From positions 248,001-312,000 of the forward strand of contig JASTWF010000341.1 of NCBI GenBank assembly GCA_030390025.1: DNA of 64,000 bases. Reading direction: 5' to 3'. Positions 12,815 through 24,364 of the stretch are shown piece after piece. The notes under the pieces were generated by a model, which had not been told where the DNA came from, searched no databases, and saw only the letters and a program-made list of their open reading frames with translations. The translations under genes and the position numbers were made by a program. This DNA comes from Squalus acanthias. Taxonomy: Eukaryota. Position 1 is the stretch's first letter. Every line of letters starts with the position of its first letter.

Positions 12815-14735
12815 CAATACAAGTGAGAACCAGGCTGAATATAGAAAGTTCAGAGCGGAAGTGAAAAAGGAAACATGAGGAGCAAAGAGAGAGTATGAGA
12901 ATAGACTGGCAGCTAACATAAAGGGGAATCCAAAAGTCTTCTACAGGCATATAAATAATAAACAGGTAGTAAGAGGAGGGGTGGGGCCGATTAGGGTCCA
13001 AAAAGGAGACCTACGCATGGAGGCAGAGGGCATGGCTGAGGTACTAAATGAGGACTTTGCATCTGTCTTTACCAAGGAAGAAGATGCTGCCAAAGTCATA
13101 GTGAAAGAGGAGGTAGTTGAGATACAGGATGGGATAAAAATTGATAAAGAGGAAGTACTAGAAAGGCTGGCTGTACTTAAAGTTGATAAGTCACCAGGAC
13201 CAGATGGGATGCATCCTAGGATGCTGAGGGAGGTAAGGGTGGAAATTGCGAAAGTACTGGCCATAATTTTCCAATCTTCCTTAGATACAGGTTGGTACCA
13301 GAGGACTGGAGAATTGCAAATGTTACACCCTTGTTCAAAAAAGGGTGCAAGGATAAACCCAGCAACTACAGACCAGTCAGTTTAACCTAGATAGTGGTGA
13401 AGTTTTTAGAAATGATAATCCGGGACAAAATGAACAGTCACTTGGACAAGTGTAGATTAATTAAGGAAAGCCAGCACGGAATTGTCAAAGGCAAATCATG
13501 TTAAACTAACTCGATTGAGTTTTTTGATAAGGTAACAGAGAGGGTTGATGAGGGAAATACGGTTGACATGGTGTACATGGACTTCCAAAAGGCGTTTGAT
13601 AAAGTGCCACATAATAGGCTTGCCAGCAAAGTTGAAGGACATGGAATAAAAGGGACAGTGGCAGCATCGATACGAAATTGGCTAAGTGACAGGAAACAGA
13701 GAGTAGCAGTGAATGGTTGTTTTCTGGACTGGAGGAAGGTATACAGTGGTGTTCCCCGGGGGTCGGTACTAGGACCACTGCTTTTCTTGATATATATTAA
13801 TGAGTTGGACTTTGGTGTACAGGACACAATTTCAAAATCTGCAGATGACACAAAACGTGGAAGTATAGTGAATAGTGAGGAGGATAGTGATAGACTTCAA
13901 GAAGACATAGACAGGCCAGTGGAATGGGCGGACATGTGGCAGATGAAATTTAACGCAAAAAAGTGTGAAGTGATACATTTTGGTAGGAAGAACGAGGAGA
14001 GGCAATATAAACTAATGGGTACAATTCTAAAGGAGGTGCATGAACAGAGAGACCTGGGGGTATATGTGCACAAATCGTTGAAGGTGGTAGGCCAGGCTGA
14101 GAAAGCAGTTAAAAAAGCACATGAGACCCTGGGCTTCATAAATAGAGGTATAGGGTACAAAAGCAAGGAAGTTATGATGAACCTTTAGAAAACACTTGTT
14201 CAGCCTCAACTGGAGTATTGTGTCCAATTCTGGGCACCGTACTTTAGGAAGGATGTGAAGGCCTTAGAGAGGGTGCAGAAAAGATTTACAAGAATGGTTC
14301 CAATGATGAGGGACTTCACTTACGTTGATAGACTGGAGAAGCTGGGTTTGTTCTCCTTGGAGCAGAGAAGATGGAGAGGAAATTTAATAGAGGTGTTCAA
14401 AATCATGAGGGGTCTGGACAGAGTAGATAGAGGGAAACTGTTCCCATTGGCAGAAGGGTCGAGAACCAGAGGACACAGATTTAAGGTGACTGGCAGAAGA
14501 AGCAAAGGCGACATGAGGAAAAACTTTTTTACGCAGCGAGTGGTTATGATCTGGAATGCACTGCCTGAAAGGGTGGTGGAGGCAGATTCAATCATGGCTT
14601 TCAAAAGGGAATTGGATAAGTACCCGAAGGGAAAAAAATCTACAGAGCTACGGGGAAAGGGTGGGGGAGTGGGACTAGCTGAAGTGCTCTTGCAGAAAGC
14701 TCAGTGGGCTGAATGGCCTCCTTCTGTGCTACAAC
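12815..14735 (+). mobile_element. 5'-truncated CR1 LINE (RT ORF2 pseudogene)
   Basis: [44 protein letters not shown] and NFFTQRVV..WNALP motifs, with the CR1 3' UTR gggctgaatggcctccttctgtgct. Confidence 0.95.
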
Positions 14736-14739
14736 CACT

Positions 14740-16860
14740 TGAAAAGCATGACTGCAGCTTACATATAGCTTAAAAGCTTCTTTCTTTGACAAACTCTGAA
14801 AAGGTAGATTACTCATCTGGCCTACACTCATACCAAATGAGGATTCAGTTACAAAGGCTTGAAGTTCACCAATACTTGTCAAGGAGCTCAGATTTAGAAG
14901 CAGGGCAATTTTCCACTGCAGTAGTTTGAAAGTTATGGAGGCTATAGTTCAAAAAGAATCTTCATTAGTCCACGTAGAATAATGTTAAGATCTCAAGCTG
15001 AGTGGCATCCAAGATCTGTTCGGGGATTTATTTTTGCAAAACTCTCTTCAGTAATACAGGAAAAGAAGGATGTAATCCCTCCAGCAGTTGATAGAAGGCA
15101 GACATGGCGGCATACGGACCCCAATGAGGTAACTGAAGATCTAAGTCACATTGCCTGACAAAGAATCAAGATCTTGATCTAGGCATCAGATAGAGAAATA
15201 TTTCAACTTATAATTGTACAGCGTATGAATAATAGGCTTGTGGAAGCCAGCAATGTTTTGGATGACCTGTAAACTCAGTGGTTGAAATACTAATCTAAGT
15301 TGTTGAACAGTCAAAGCATTGTCTTAGTTTGGCCAACAATGAAATCTAAAGTCTGTCTGGCATATGTAAAAAGCATGCCTTCAAGAAAGCTAGAAAATTA
15401 GAATACCAAGGCTTCCAAGCCAGCATGGTTCTCTCAGGATCATTTTATCATTGGCTCTCCTCGTATGTGTTAAGACTCTGTAAATCAGAAAGATTTAGGA
15501 TAGGCAGAAATACTTGGCAAGAATTTTCTTTACCAAGAAAGAGAACGGCCATAGTATGCAAACAGACCAGTTTCTCTGGTCCTAAATCAAGAGAGGACAA
15601 CTGTTTGTGCTCTCCTGAGGCAAATAAGTCAACTTGTGGATATCCCCTGATGAGATGTTTTCAGGTTCACTGATGCAGGAAGGGCACTCAGCAAGAACTT
15701 TTGTTTTTTGCATCACGGTTCCTCTGTAATCCACCCTTGCACTGAATCTCATGCTTCCTTACTTGTTGAGATAACAAACAACAACAGTATTATCTGTTCA
15801 ACAGATCTTCAGCTGGAGAATTATAGCATCGGTTTTGTAGTATCTGCTGACATTTTTGTCTCATGGACTTTGGTATAGTGGCTAAGTTCCTGGGTTCATC
15901 TGTCACATGGGTGAGCACTCCACTCCAAAATGTTCACCAACCAAATGAACCTCTTGTAGGGCATCCCCCATAATGGTGGGTACATTATTACAATGCTCTT
16001 CTCCATCAGTGCTGAGAATCAGAGATGAGAAAGATTATTGTGATTATGCACTCACCTTTATAATATGGCTTAAGTCCTACCGTCAAGACGTTGGTGCAAA
16101 GTTAAGCGTTTGATACCATTGCACAAGTATGAACAGTCTGGTAGGAATGGCAAAGGGAACCATTGCTCAATCCCATGGCTAAGAGTTAACGCTGCTGCCT
16201 AAAGTATAAATAATCTGTTACATCTTGGAGTCTGTTCATTAGGAGCATAACTCTTCCTTTATTTGTTTACAATCTGGCTCTTGGGAGAGTTGAAGTTAGA
16301 ACCTCCAAGTGACCATGTGAAGTAAAGAAACTCTCTTTAGCACAACTTTATGGGTACATGTAACTCGGAACCTTTGAGACTGACAGTTGGCCAATCTCCA
16401 AAGCACACATCCTTCAAAAATATCTCCTTATTTAGAAAAATGTCCAAATGCTTGAGGCCAAGTATAGACAATATTGTTCTGTAAAGTCCACCAAATAAAA
16501 GGGAAAAACTTTGCCGCTTGGTCTCAAGGTACCCCTCCAATAATATGGTACCCCCCAATAATATGGAAGTATTACAAAACTCCCATCTCTTTCATAATAA
16601 GATGATCTTTCCAAAACCACTAAAGGCACAATATGCTTGAACTTGGGACGTGATCTATTAACATGTTGGGCATAATCTCACAACACAATCTTTCGCATCT
16701 AAACATTGGTTCCAAGTTCCTCATACCGGGATGCAAGATTTACAACTGTCTCAAGAGCATTGCCCAAATGTAGAAACATTGATAGGGGCAATGCCAAACC
16801 TGGGACTGCTGTGTCAGTCAGGTGTCATTGCAAGACTGTTTATTAAGGTCACTAATTTTA
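14740..16860 (-). mobile_element. Highly degenerate DIRS1-like tyrosine-recombinase retrotransposon (RT / MT-like / YR relics)
   Basis: Hand translation of the minus strand gives motifs in DIRS order. RT: GGLYRTILSILGLKHLDIFL..GDWPTVSLKGSELHVPI (about 16340-16495). MT-like: RGYPQVDLFAS (about 15617-15650) and WKPWYSNFL (about 15390-15420). YR: TLYNYKLKYFSI*C (about 15180-15225), *DLNIILRGLMK (about 14960-14997) and KLLQWKIALLLNLSSLTSIGELQAF (about 14853-14930). Confidence 0.75.
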
Positions 16861-17680
16861 AAGCAAGAAGCTTACTTTTCTTCTCTGCGCAAACTGTGCC
16901 AGGAGACTAGAGGGTAGCCAGTGTAACACCTCTGTTCGACAAGGGAGAAAGAAAGAACAAAATAACTGTCAGCCAGTTAGTCTAACATCAGTTGTGGGCA
17001 AATTATTAGAATCCATAATTCAAGACCAAATCAATGAGCATTTAGAAATACATGGGATAATCAGGAGTAGCAAGCATGGAACTGTTAAATTTGTCAAACG
17101 TACTCGCCTTTAATAGAGTTTATTGAAGAAGAGGTAAAGCGAATGTGTGTGGATGAACAAATAGACCGAAGAGTTCAAATAAATAATTCCTTCAAGCCAT
17201 AAAAAGTCCAATGGCATTTTGGGTTTTTAAAATGCAGGTATAGAGTCCAAGAGCAAAAAGATAATGGGCCATAATTTGCTGTGGCAGGGCATCTAATGGC
17301 ATCTGCCGTTAGTTAGACTTGCCCTTGAACGTTTAGGTTTTTTAAGTTTTTGCATCGCAAGTTGCTGAAAGTGTGAAGTGATAACGGAGCAGTGATGGAA
17401 ACAGGGCATCTAGGATCTGAGTGAACAGGGAAAGCAACTGTGTATCTCCTTAACCAATCAGATTAAAAGGAGTGTGAAATTAACAATACAAGGACTGAGA
17501 GAGGAAGTATAAATTAGAGTGTGTGAATTCAATGTCAAATCCAGTAGAGAAAGAGAAATAAAGAGAGGGAAAGAACGATTGGATTAAGAGAGAGAAAAAG
17601 AGACAGAAAGGAAAAGTAAAAAAAAATTCAATTTTACATTTTTAAAATCTCCAATAACAATTATAACCTGAAGGAATGAG

Positions 17681-20600
17681 AGCGGCGGCGGACCTGCGGG
17701 AAACGATGCGGCGGTGGCGAGATTTAAAAGAGGCGGCAGAGACCAGGTAGGCCTCAGAGCGGCGGCGGACCTGCGGGAAACGAGGTGGCGGCGGCGAGGT
17801 TTAAAAGAGGCGGCAGAGACCAGGTAGGCTTACCAATCTCCGAGCTCAGAGGGAGGGAGAGAAGTAAAAAGTAATCGAAGTGTGACGTCACCAGAAAGCA
17901 GGTAAGTGATTGGTTGGTGAGTATTTCTCTCTTTTTAAACTTAAACTTTGTGGTTTATAGTTTCTAAGCTCTCTGTGGTATAGCGGGGACTGTTGGTAAA
18001 CCAGGGCCCTTAAGTATATCATTTAACTGTAGTGTAATTGGTGGGATTGATTTGATTTAATTTAATTTGAATTAATTAAAGGGTACGTCATGGCAGGAGA
18101 GCTCGGCTCCGTGGTATGCTCCTCCTGCGCTATGTGGGAACTCAGGGACACTTCCTGTGCCCCTGACAATCATGTGTGCAGGAAGTGTATCCAGCTACAG
18201 CTACTGGCAGACCGCATTGCGGTGCTGGAGCTGCGATTGGATACATACTGGACCATTCGCGATGCTGAGAACGTCGTGGATATCACGTTTGAGCAGTTGG
18301 TCACACCGCAGGCAAAGGATGCACAGGCAGAAAGGGAATGGGTGACCAACAGACAGAGTAGTAGGCGCAGGCAGGTAGTGCAGGAGTCCCCTGTGGACAT
18401 CCCCCTCGCAAACGGATATACCACTTTGAATACTGTTGGGGGGGGATGGCTTATCAGGGGAAGGCAGCAGCAGCCAACTTCCTGGCACCAGGGGTGGCTC
18501 TGCTGCACAGGACGGGAGGAAAAAGAGGGGTAGAGCTATAGTGATAGGGGATTCTATTGTAAGGGGAATAGATAGGCGTTTCTGCGGCCGCAAACGAGAC
18601 TCCAGGATGGTGTGTTGCCTCCCTGGGGCAAGGGTCAAGGATGTCTCAGAGCGGCTACAGAACATTTTGGAAGGGGAGGGTGAACAGCCAGTTGTCGTGG
18701 TGCATATAGGTACCAACGATATAGGTAAAAAAGGGGATGAGGTCCTAAAAGCTGAATATAGGGAGTTAGGAGGTAAATTAAAAAATAGGACCTCAAAGTT
18801 AGTAATCTCAGGATTGCTACCAGTGCCACGTGCTAGTCACAGTAGAAATAGAAGGGTATTTCAGATGAATACGTGGCTAGAGGAATGGTGCAAGGGGGAG
18901 GGATTCAAATTCCTGGGACAATGGAACCGGTTCTGGGAGAGGTGGGACCAGTACAAACCGGACGGTTTGCACCTGGGCAGCTCTGGGGGAGGGTTTAAAC
19001 TAAAATGGCAGGGGGTTGGGAACCTGAGCAGGGAGACAGAGGAAAGGGAAACAAGGATAAAAGCAAAAGATAGGAAGGAGAAAAACAAAAGTGGCAGTCA
19101 GAGAAATCAACGGTTTAAATCAAACATAACCACAGTAAATAATAATTCTAATAGGTCTAAGAGCGTTAAAAAAACAAGCCTGAAGGCTTTGTGTCTTAAT
19201 GCGAGGAGCATTCGGAATAAGGTGGATGAATTAGCTGCGCAAATAGAGGTAAAGGAATATGATTTGATTGGGATTACGGAAACATGGCTCCAGGGTGGCC
19301 AAGGCTGGGAACTCAACATCCAGGGGTATTCAATATTCAGGAAAGATAGGCAAAAAGGAAAGGGAGGTGGCGTAGCATTGCTGGTTAAAGAGGGGATTAA
19401 CACAATTGTAAGGAAGGATATTAGCTCTGATGATGTGGAATCTGTATGGGTAGAACTGAGAAATACCAAGGGGCAGAAAACGTTAGTGGGAGTGGTATAT
19501 AGACCTCCAAACAGTAATGCGGAGGTTGGGGATAGCATTAAAAGGGAAATTAGAGAAGCGTGCAATAAGGCCACAGCAGTCATCATGGGTGACTTTAATC
19601 TACATATAGATTGGGCTAACCAAATTAGTAACAATACTGTGGAGGAGGAATTCCTGGAGTGTTTACGGGATGGTTTCCTGGACCAATAAGTCGAGGAACC
19701 AACCAGAGATCACGCCATCTTAGACTGGGTATTATGTAATGAGAAAGGATTAATTAGCAATCTTGTTGTACGAGGCCCCTTGGGTCGGAGCGATCATAAT
19801 ATGATAGAATTCTTCATTAGGATGGAGAGTGAAGTAGTTGACTCAGAGACTAGGGTCCTGAATTTAAATAAAGGAAACTACGATGGTATGAGGCGCGAGT
19901 TGGGTAGGATTGATTGGGGAATGTCACTCAAAGGGTTGACGGTGGATAGGCAATGGCAAACATTCAAAGACTGCATGGATGAACTACAGAATTTGTTCAT
20001 CCCAGTTTGGCATAAGAATAAAACAAAAAAGGTGACTCAACCGTGGCTAACAAGGGAAATTAGGGATAGCAGAAGATCCAAGGAGAGGACATATAAATTG
20101 GCCAGAAAAAGCAGTAAACCTGAGGATTGGGAGCAGTTTAGGATTCAACAAAGGAGGACAAAGGGATTAATTAAGAAGGGGAAAATAGAATATGAGAGGA
20201 AGCTTGCAGGGAACATAAAAACTGACTGTAAAAGCTTTTATAGATATGTGAAGAGAAAAAGATTGGTGAAGTCAAGCATAGGTCCCTTGCAGTCAGAATC
20301 AGGGGAACTTATAATGGGGAACAAAGAAATGGCAGACCAATTAAATGCATATTTTGGTTCTGTCTTCACAAAGGAGGACACAAATAACCTCCCAGAGATG
20401 TTGGGGAACATAGGGTCTGATGAAAAGGAGGAACTGAAAGAAATCAGTATTTGTAGGGAAATGGTGTTAGGGAAATTGGCGGGATTGAAGGCCGATAAAT
20501 CCCCAGGGCCTGATAATCTACATCCTAGGGTACTTAAGGAAGTGGCCCTAGAAATAGTAGATGCATTGCTGATCATCTTCCAACATTCGATGGAATCTGG

Positions 20601-22078
20601 AACAGTACCCATGGATTGGAGGGTAGCTAATGTTACCCCACTATTCAAAAAGGGTGGTAGAGAGAAAACGGGGAATTACAGACCGGTAAGCCTGACATCG
20701 GTAGTGGGGAAAATGCTAGAGTCCATTATAAAAGATGTAATAGCAGAGCACTTGAAAACAGTGACAGGATCGGACAAAGTCAACATGGATTTACAAAAGG
20801 TAAATCGTGCTTGACTAATCTACTGGAATTTTTTGAGGATGTAACTGGTTAAATAGATAAGGGAGAACCAGTGGATGTGGTGTATTTGGACTTTCAAAAG
20901 GCTTTCGATAAGGTCCCGCATAAGAGATTAGCGTGTAAAGTTAAGGCACATGGGATTGGGGGCACGGTATTCGACTTGGATAGAGAACTGGTTGGCAGAC
21001 AGAAAGCAAAGAGTTGGAATAAACGGGTCTTTTTCCGAGTGGCAGGCAGTGACTAGTGGGGTACCGCAGGGATCGGTCCTTGGACCCCAGCTATTCATAA
21101 TATATATTAATGATCTAGACAAGGGAACTAGATGTAATATCTCCAAGTTTGCAGACGACACAAAGCTGGGTGGGCGTGTGTGCTGTGAGGAGGATGCCGA
21201 GAAACTCTAGGATGATTTGGACAGGTTGGGTGATTGGGCAGAAGCATGGCAGATGCAATATAACGTGGATAAATGCGAGGTTATCCACTTTGGTGTCAAA
21301 AGCAGGAAGGCAGATTATTATCTGAATGGCAATAGATTGGGAGAAGGGGAAGTGCAACGAGACCTGGGTGTCCTTGTGCACCAGTCACTGAAGGTAAGCA
21401 TGCAGGTGCAGCAGGCGGTTAAGAAGGCAAATGGTATGTTGGCCTTCGTAGCGAGAGGGTTTGAGTACAGGAACAAGGATGGCTTGCTGCAGTTGTACAG
21501 GGCCCTTGGTGAGACCACATCTTGAGTATTGTGTGCAGTTTTGGTCGCCTTATCTGAGGAAGGAGGTTCTTGCCATGGAAGGAGTTCAGCGAAGATTCAC
21601 CAGGCTGATACCTGGGATGGCAGGAATGACATATGAGGAGAGATTGGGTCGATTGGGCTTATACTCGCTGGAGTTTAGAAGAATGAGAGGGGATCTCATT
21701 GAAACTTATAAAATTCTGACAGGACTGGACAGACTAGATGCAGGAAGGATGTTCCCGATGGTCGGGGAGTCCAGAACCAGGGGTCACAGTCTAAGGATAA
21801 GGGGTAAGCCATTTAGGACAGAAATGAGGAGGAATTTCTTCACCCAGAGAGTGGTGAACCTGTGGAATTCTCTACCACAGAAGGCAGTAGAGGCCAATTC
21901 ATTAAATATATTCAAGAAGGAGTTGGATATATTTCTTAAGGCTAAAGGGATCATGGGATATGGGAGAAAGCAGGGACAGGGTTCTGAATTTGGATGATCA
22001 GCCATGATCGCATTGAATGGCGGAGCAGGCTAGAGGGGCCGAATGGCCTACTCCTGCTCCTATCTTCTATGTTTCTAT
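17681..22078 (+). mobile_element. Full-length CR1 LINE: monomer-type 5' UTR, ORF1 (zinc finger/leucine zipper plus SGNH esterase), ORF2 (APE endonuclease plus RT); inactivated by a few lesions
   Basis: ORF1 from ATG 18090: CSSC..HVCRKC, IVIGDSIVRG, VHIGTND, DGLHL. APE: LNARSIRNK, ITETWL, GDFN, SDHN. RT: [23 protein letters not shown]. Tail ctatgtttctatg, with ATGAG at both junctions. Stops at 19687 and 21208; frameshifts near 18440, 20757, 20970 and 21505. Confidence 0.97.
17882..17913 (+). promoter_or_regulatory. CRE palindrome, splice-donor consensus and inverted CCAAT in the CR1 5' UTR
   Basis: GTGACGTCAC (17882-17891), CAG|GTAAGT (17899-17907) and GATTGG (17908-17913) lie downstream of GC-rich monomers containing TTTAAAA. 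Motifs only; function not shown. Confidence 0.45.
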
Positions 22079-23620
22079 GAGTCTCTACACGTAATAGCTA
22101 ATTTTCAGTGCCAGAGAGGTTCACTGGCAGTAATTAACACTTATCACGTCGTTAAAAGGATACTTGGATTGAAATGGGCAAGACTTAACTGTCGGTGGTG
22201 AGTTTAGCTTGTGTCTACCACGCAAATACAGCAACTTCTTGCAGTTCAATGCATTCAATGGTGAGCCAGACAGCGAGATGCCCTTTTCGCGCAGCTAACA
22301 GCGGAGTGGCGCAACTCGGACAGCAACTTGTGGATTTCTGAGTTTAATCGCGCATCTGCCCTCACCTGAAATTGCTGTAGTATTTACGCATAAATAATGG
22401 CGAGTGCCATTAGCCTCAGTTATTTTGACAGCAATATATGGGCTAATAATGCATTTGTACAAGGCAATGGAAAGGTCACAGTTGGAATACTACGTGCAGT
22501 TTTGAGTGCACCATAACAGTAAGGATTTTAAAGTCATAGATAGCATACAGCGTAGATTCATCAGCACATTAGGGGATGAGAAACTTCAGCAAATGTAGTT
22601 TTGAGGAGACATTTGTGATAGTGAGACTATTTGTACTAGAGCATTTAAAACTGTCACAGAGTGAGGAGAAGGGTTGGGGAAATTTCTTCACATCGAGGGT
22701 TATTGGAGCAAGGAATACTTTGTCACAGGGAGAGGCTGAGGCAGAGACTATAGGATCTTTTAAGGCTAAGGTGGACAAATATTTGAAGCAAAGGAAGATA
22801 AAGAGCTATAGGAAGACAGCAGAGGAGTGGGATTTGTTTTAGATTACTGTAGCAAAGAGATGGTGCGGAGATGATGGGCTGAATGGCTTCCTTCTGTGCT
22901 GTAAACATCTATGGTCCTATGGGCTTAGTTTTGTGAAAGAAATCTTTTCTGCAGATGTTACACGTTAAGGAAAAATGCATAATTTGACTCTGTAAAAAAA
23001 CATACAGCATTCAGGAGTTACAATTACTCTTCAGTAAAACAACTATTTACAGTGTGGAAAGCAAGAGTGTGGAATGCAGTGTGAAGATCAGCCATGGCAA
23101 TTTAGGTTGTTAAACATGGTGCATTGCTTAAAGCTAGACATTTAACAGGAATTTATAGTTAGTAGTATTAAGTTCTAACTACATTGGATAGATTAAAAAA
23201 AACATTTTGTATTGACTGAGCCAAAAGGCAATTTTCAAACTTCCTCCAGCTTTTTCCTATTAAGCATGTTTATTTACCACTTTGCATCAGTTTATCAATA
23301 TTCAAAATGTCCATTCAAATTGTTCCCTCAACTGGCATCTTCATACCCCTCAAATGTGAAACTCAAAGCTAAGATTGTTAAAATTTGGTTTCTTTTCAGT
23401 TCTGATTTATATTCTGAGCTTTATTTAGGTAAATGAAATCAACTGCTGTCAACAGTAGGTAATATGTAATGAAAGATTCAGAACATCTAGAGTTAGATAG
23501 TATGGTGGGAATGGGGTGGGAAAGTGCAGGTTTCCTCATACATCCTCATATGATGTATCCTTAGACATCAAATTTCTAATCTTGACCAATTGATTAAAAC
23601 AAGTAATGAGCAGAGTCAAA

Positions 23621-24364
23621 GGGGGGAATTTTAACCCCCAAGGACGGGTGGGTTGGGAAATTAAAATTGTAAAATTGTAAAAATTGTAAAATTTTGAAAC
23701 CCGATCCCAACCTGCCCTCTTTTAACGGAGGCAGGTCGGGGGCTCTCATGAGATGGGTCGGTCAGTAAAATCTTTTAAGGAGGTTGCGTGCCTCCATTTT
23801 ATCTGCATTTTTATTTTTAACCCATGGAGGCTCAGGAATCCCGGCAGTTAAAGAAGGTGAGAAGGGCCGGATCCATGAAGTAAGTGCCTTTATTGCACTG
23901 TTTGTGGGCCAAGAGGTGCAGGATTGTTTCCCCCAGCCCCCTGAGCGAACCTCTTTATAGACCCCGTGATGTCCAACTACCCCCACTTCCCCCGTGATCT
24001 CCGACTGCTCACCACCCCACGATCTCTGAATCCCCCCCCACCTCCGGCTGCCTCCAACTCCCCCATCCTCCTGTGATCTCCGACCCCCCCCCCCACCCTC
24101 ACGATCTCCGACTAGCTCCACCTCACCCCCATGGTGTCCGACTCCCCCATCACCACCACCCGCGCGATCTCCTACTTACCTGGCATCCGTTCCTCGGCTG
24201 CTTTCCTGCCCGAAAGATAGCCAGCCTGCCAATCTGGCTGACTGTCGGGCAGGAAACTTGTAGTTAATTTCAGCAGGATGTCCGGGAAAGGGATACTTCC
24301 TGGTTTCCTGTCCGTAAATCCTCCGCCCCCGCTCTCTTCACCTGACCAAGTAAATATCAGGGCC
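23621..24364. mobile_element. Harbinger-type MITE (family A) with a C-rich cgatc/ccgact repeat core
   Basis: aaa|ggggggaattttaac ... gtaaatatcagggcc|aaa gives a 3-bp AAA TSD with weak TIRs. Internal motifs are shared with 32977-33385. Confidence 0.65.

Larger units (their letters stand above)
17266..22444 (+). mobile_element. Harbinger-type MITE (family B) split by a full-length CR1 (17266-17680 plus 22082-22444)
   Basis: Imperfect TIRs gggccataatttgctgt / agcccatatattgctgt and a 3-bp AAT TSD. The internal sequence (ccaatcagatt, gagagaga tract, aattttcagtgccagagagg) is colinear with 33400-34149. Confidence 0.75.
16890..22920 (+). mobile_element. Old CR1 LINE fragment split by nested insertions (16890-17265 plus 22445-22920)
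   Basis: Removing 17266-22444 and one AAT rejoins ESKSKKII|MHLYKAMERSQLEYYVQF, matching CR1 EYKSKEVMMNLYKTLVRPQLEYCVQFW. A CR1 3' UTR lies near 22875-22920. Confidence 0.8.

Noticed and set aside
14740-16860. Endogenous RNA-virus gene on the plus strand
   Set aside because: Plus-strand frames have a roughly random stop density, and minus-strand DIRS motifs explain the region.
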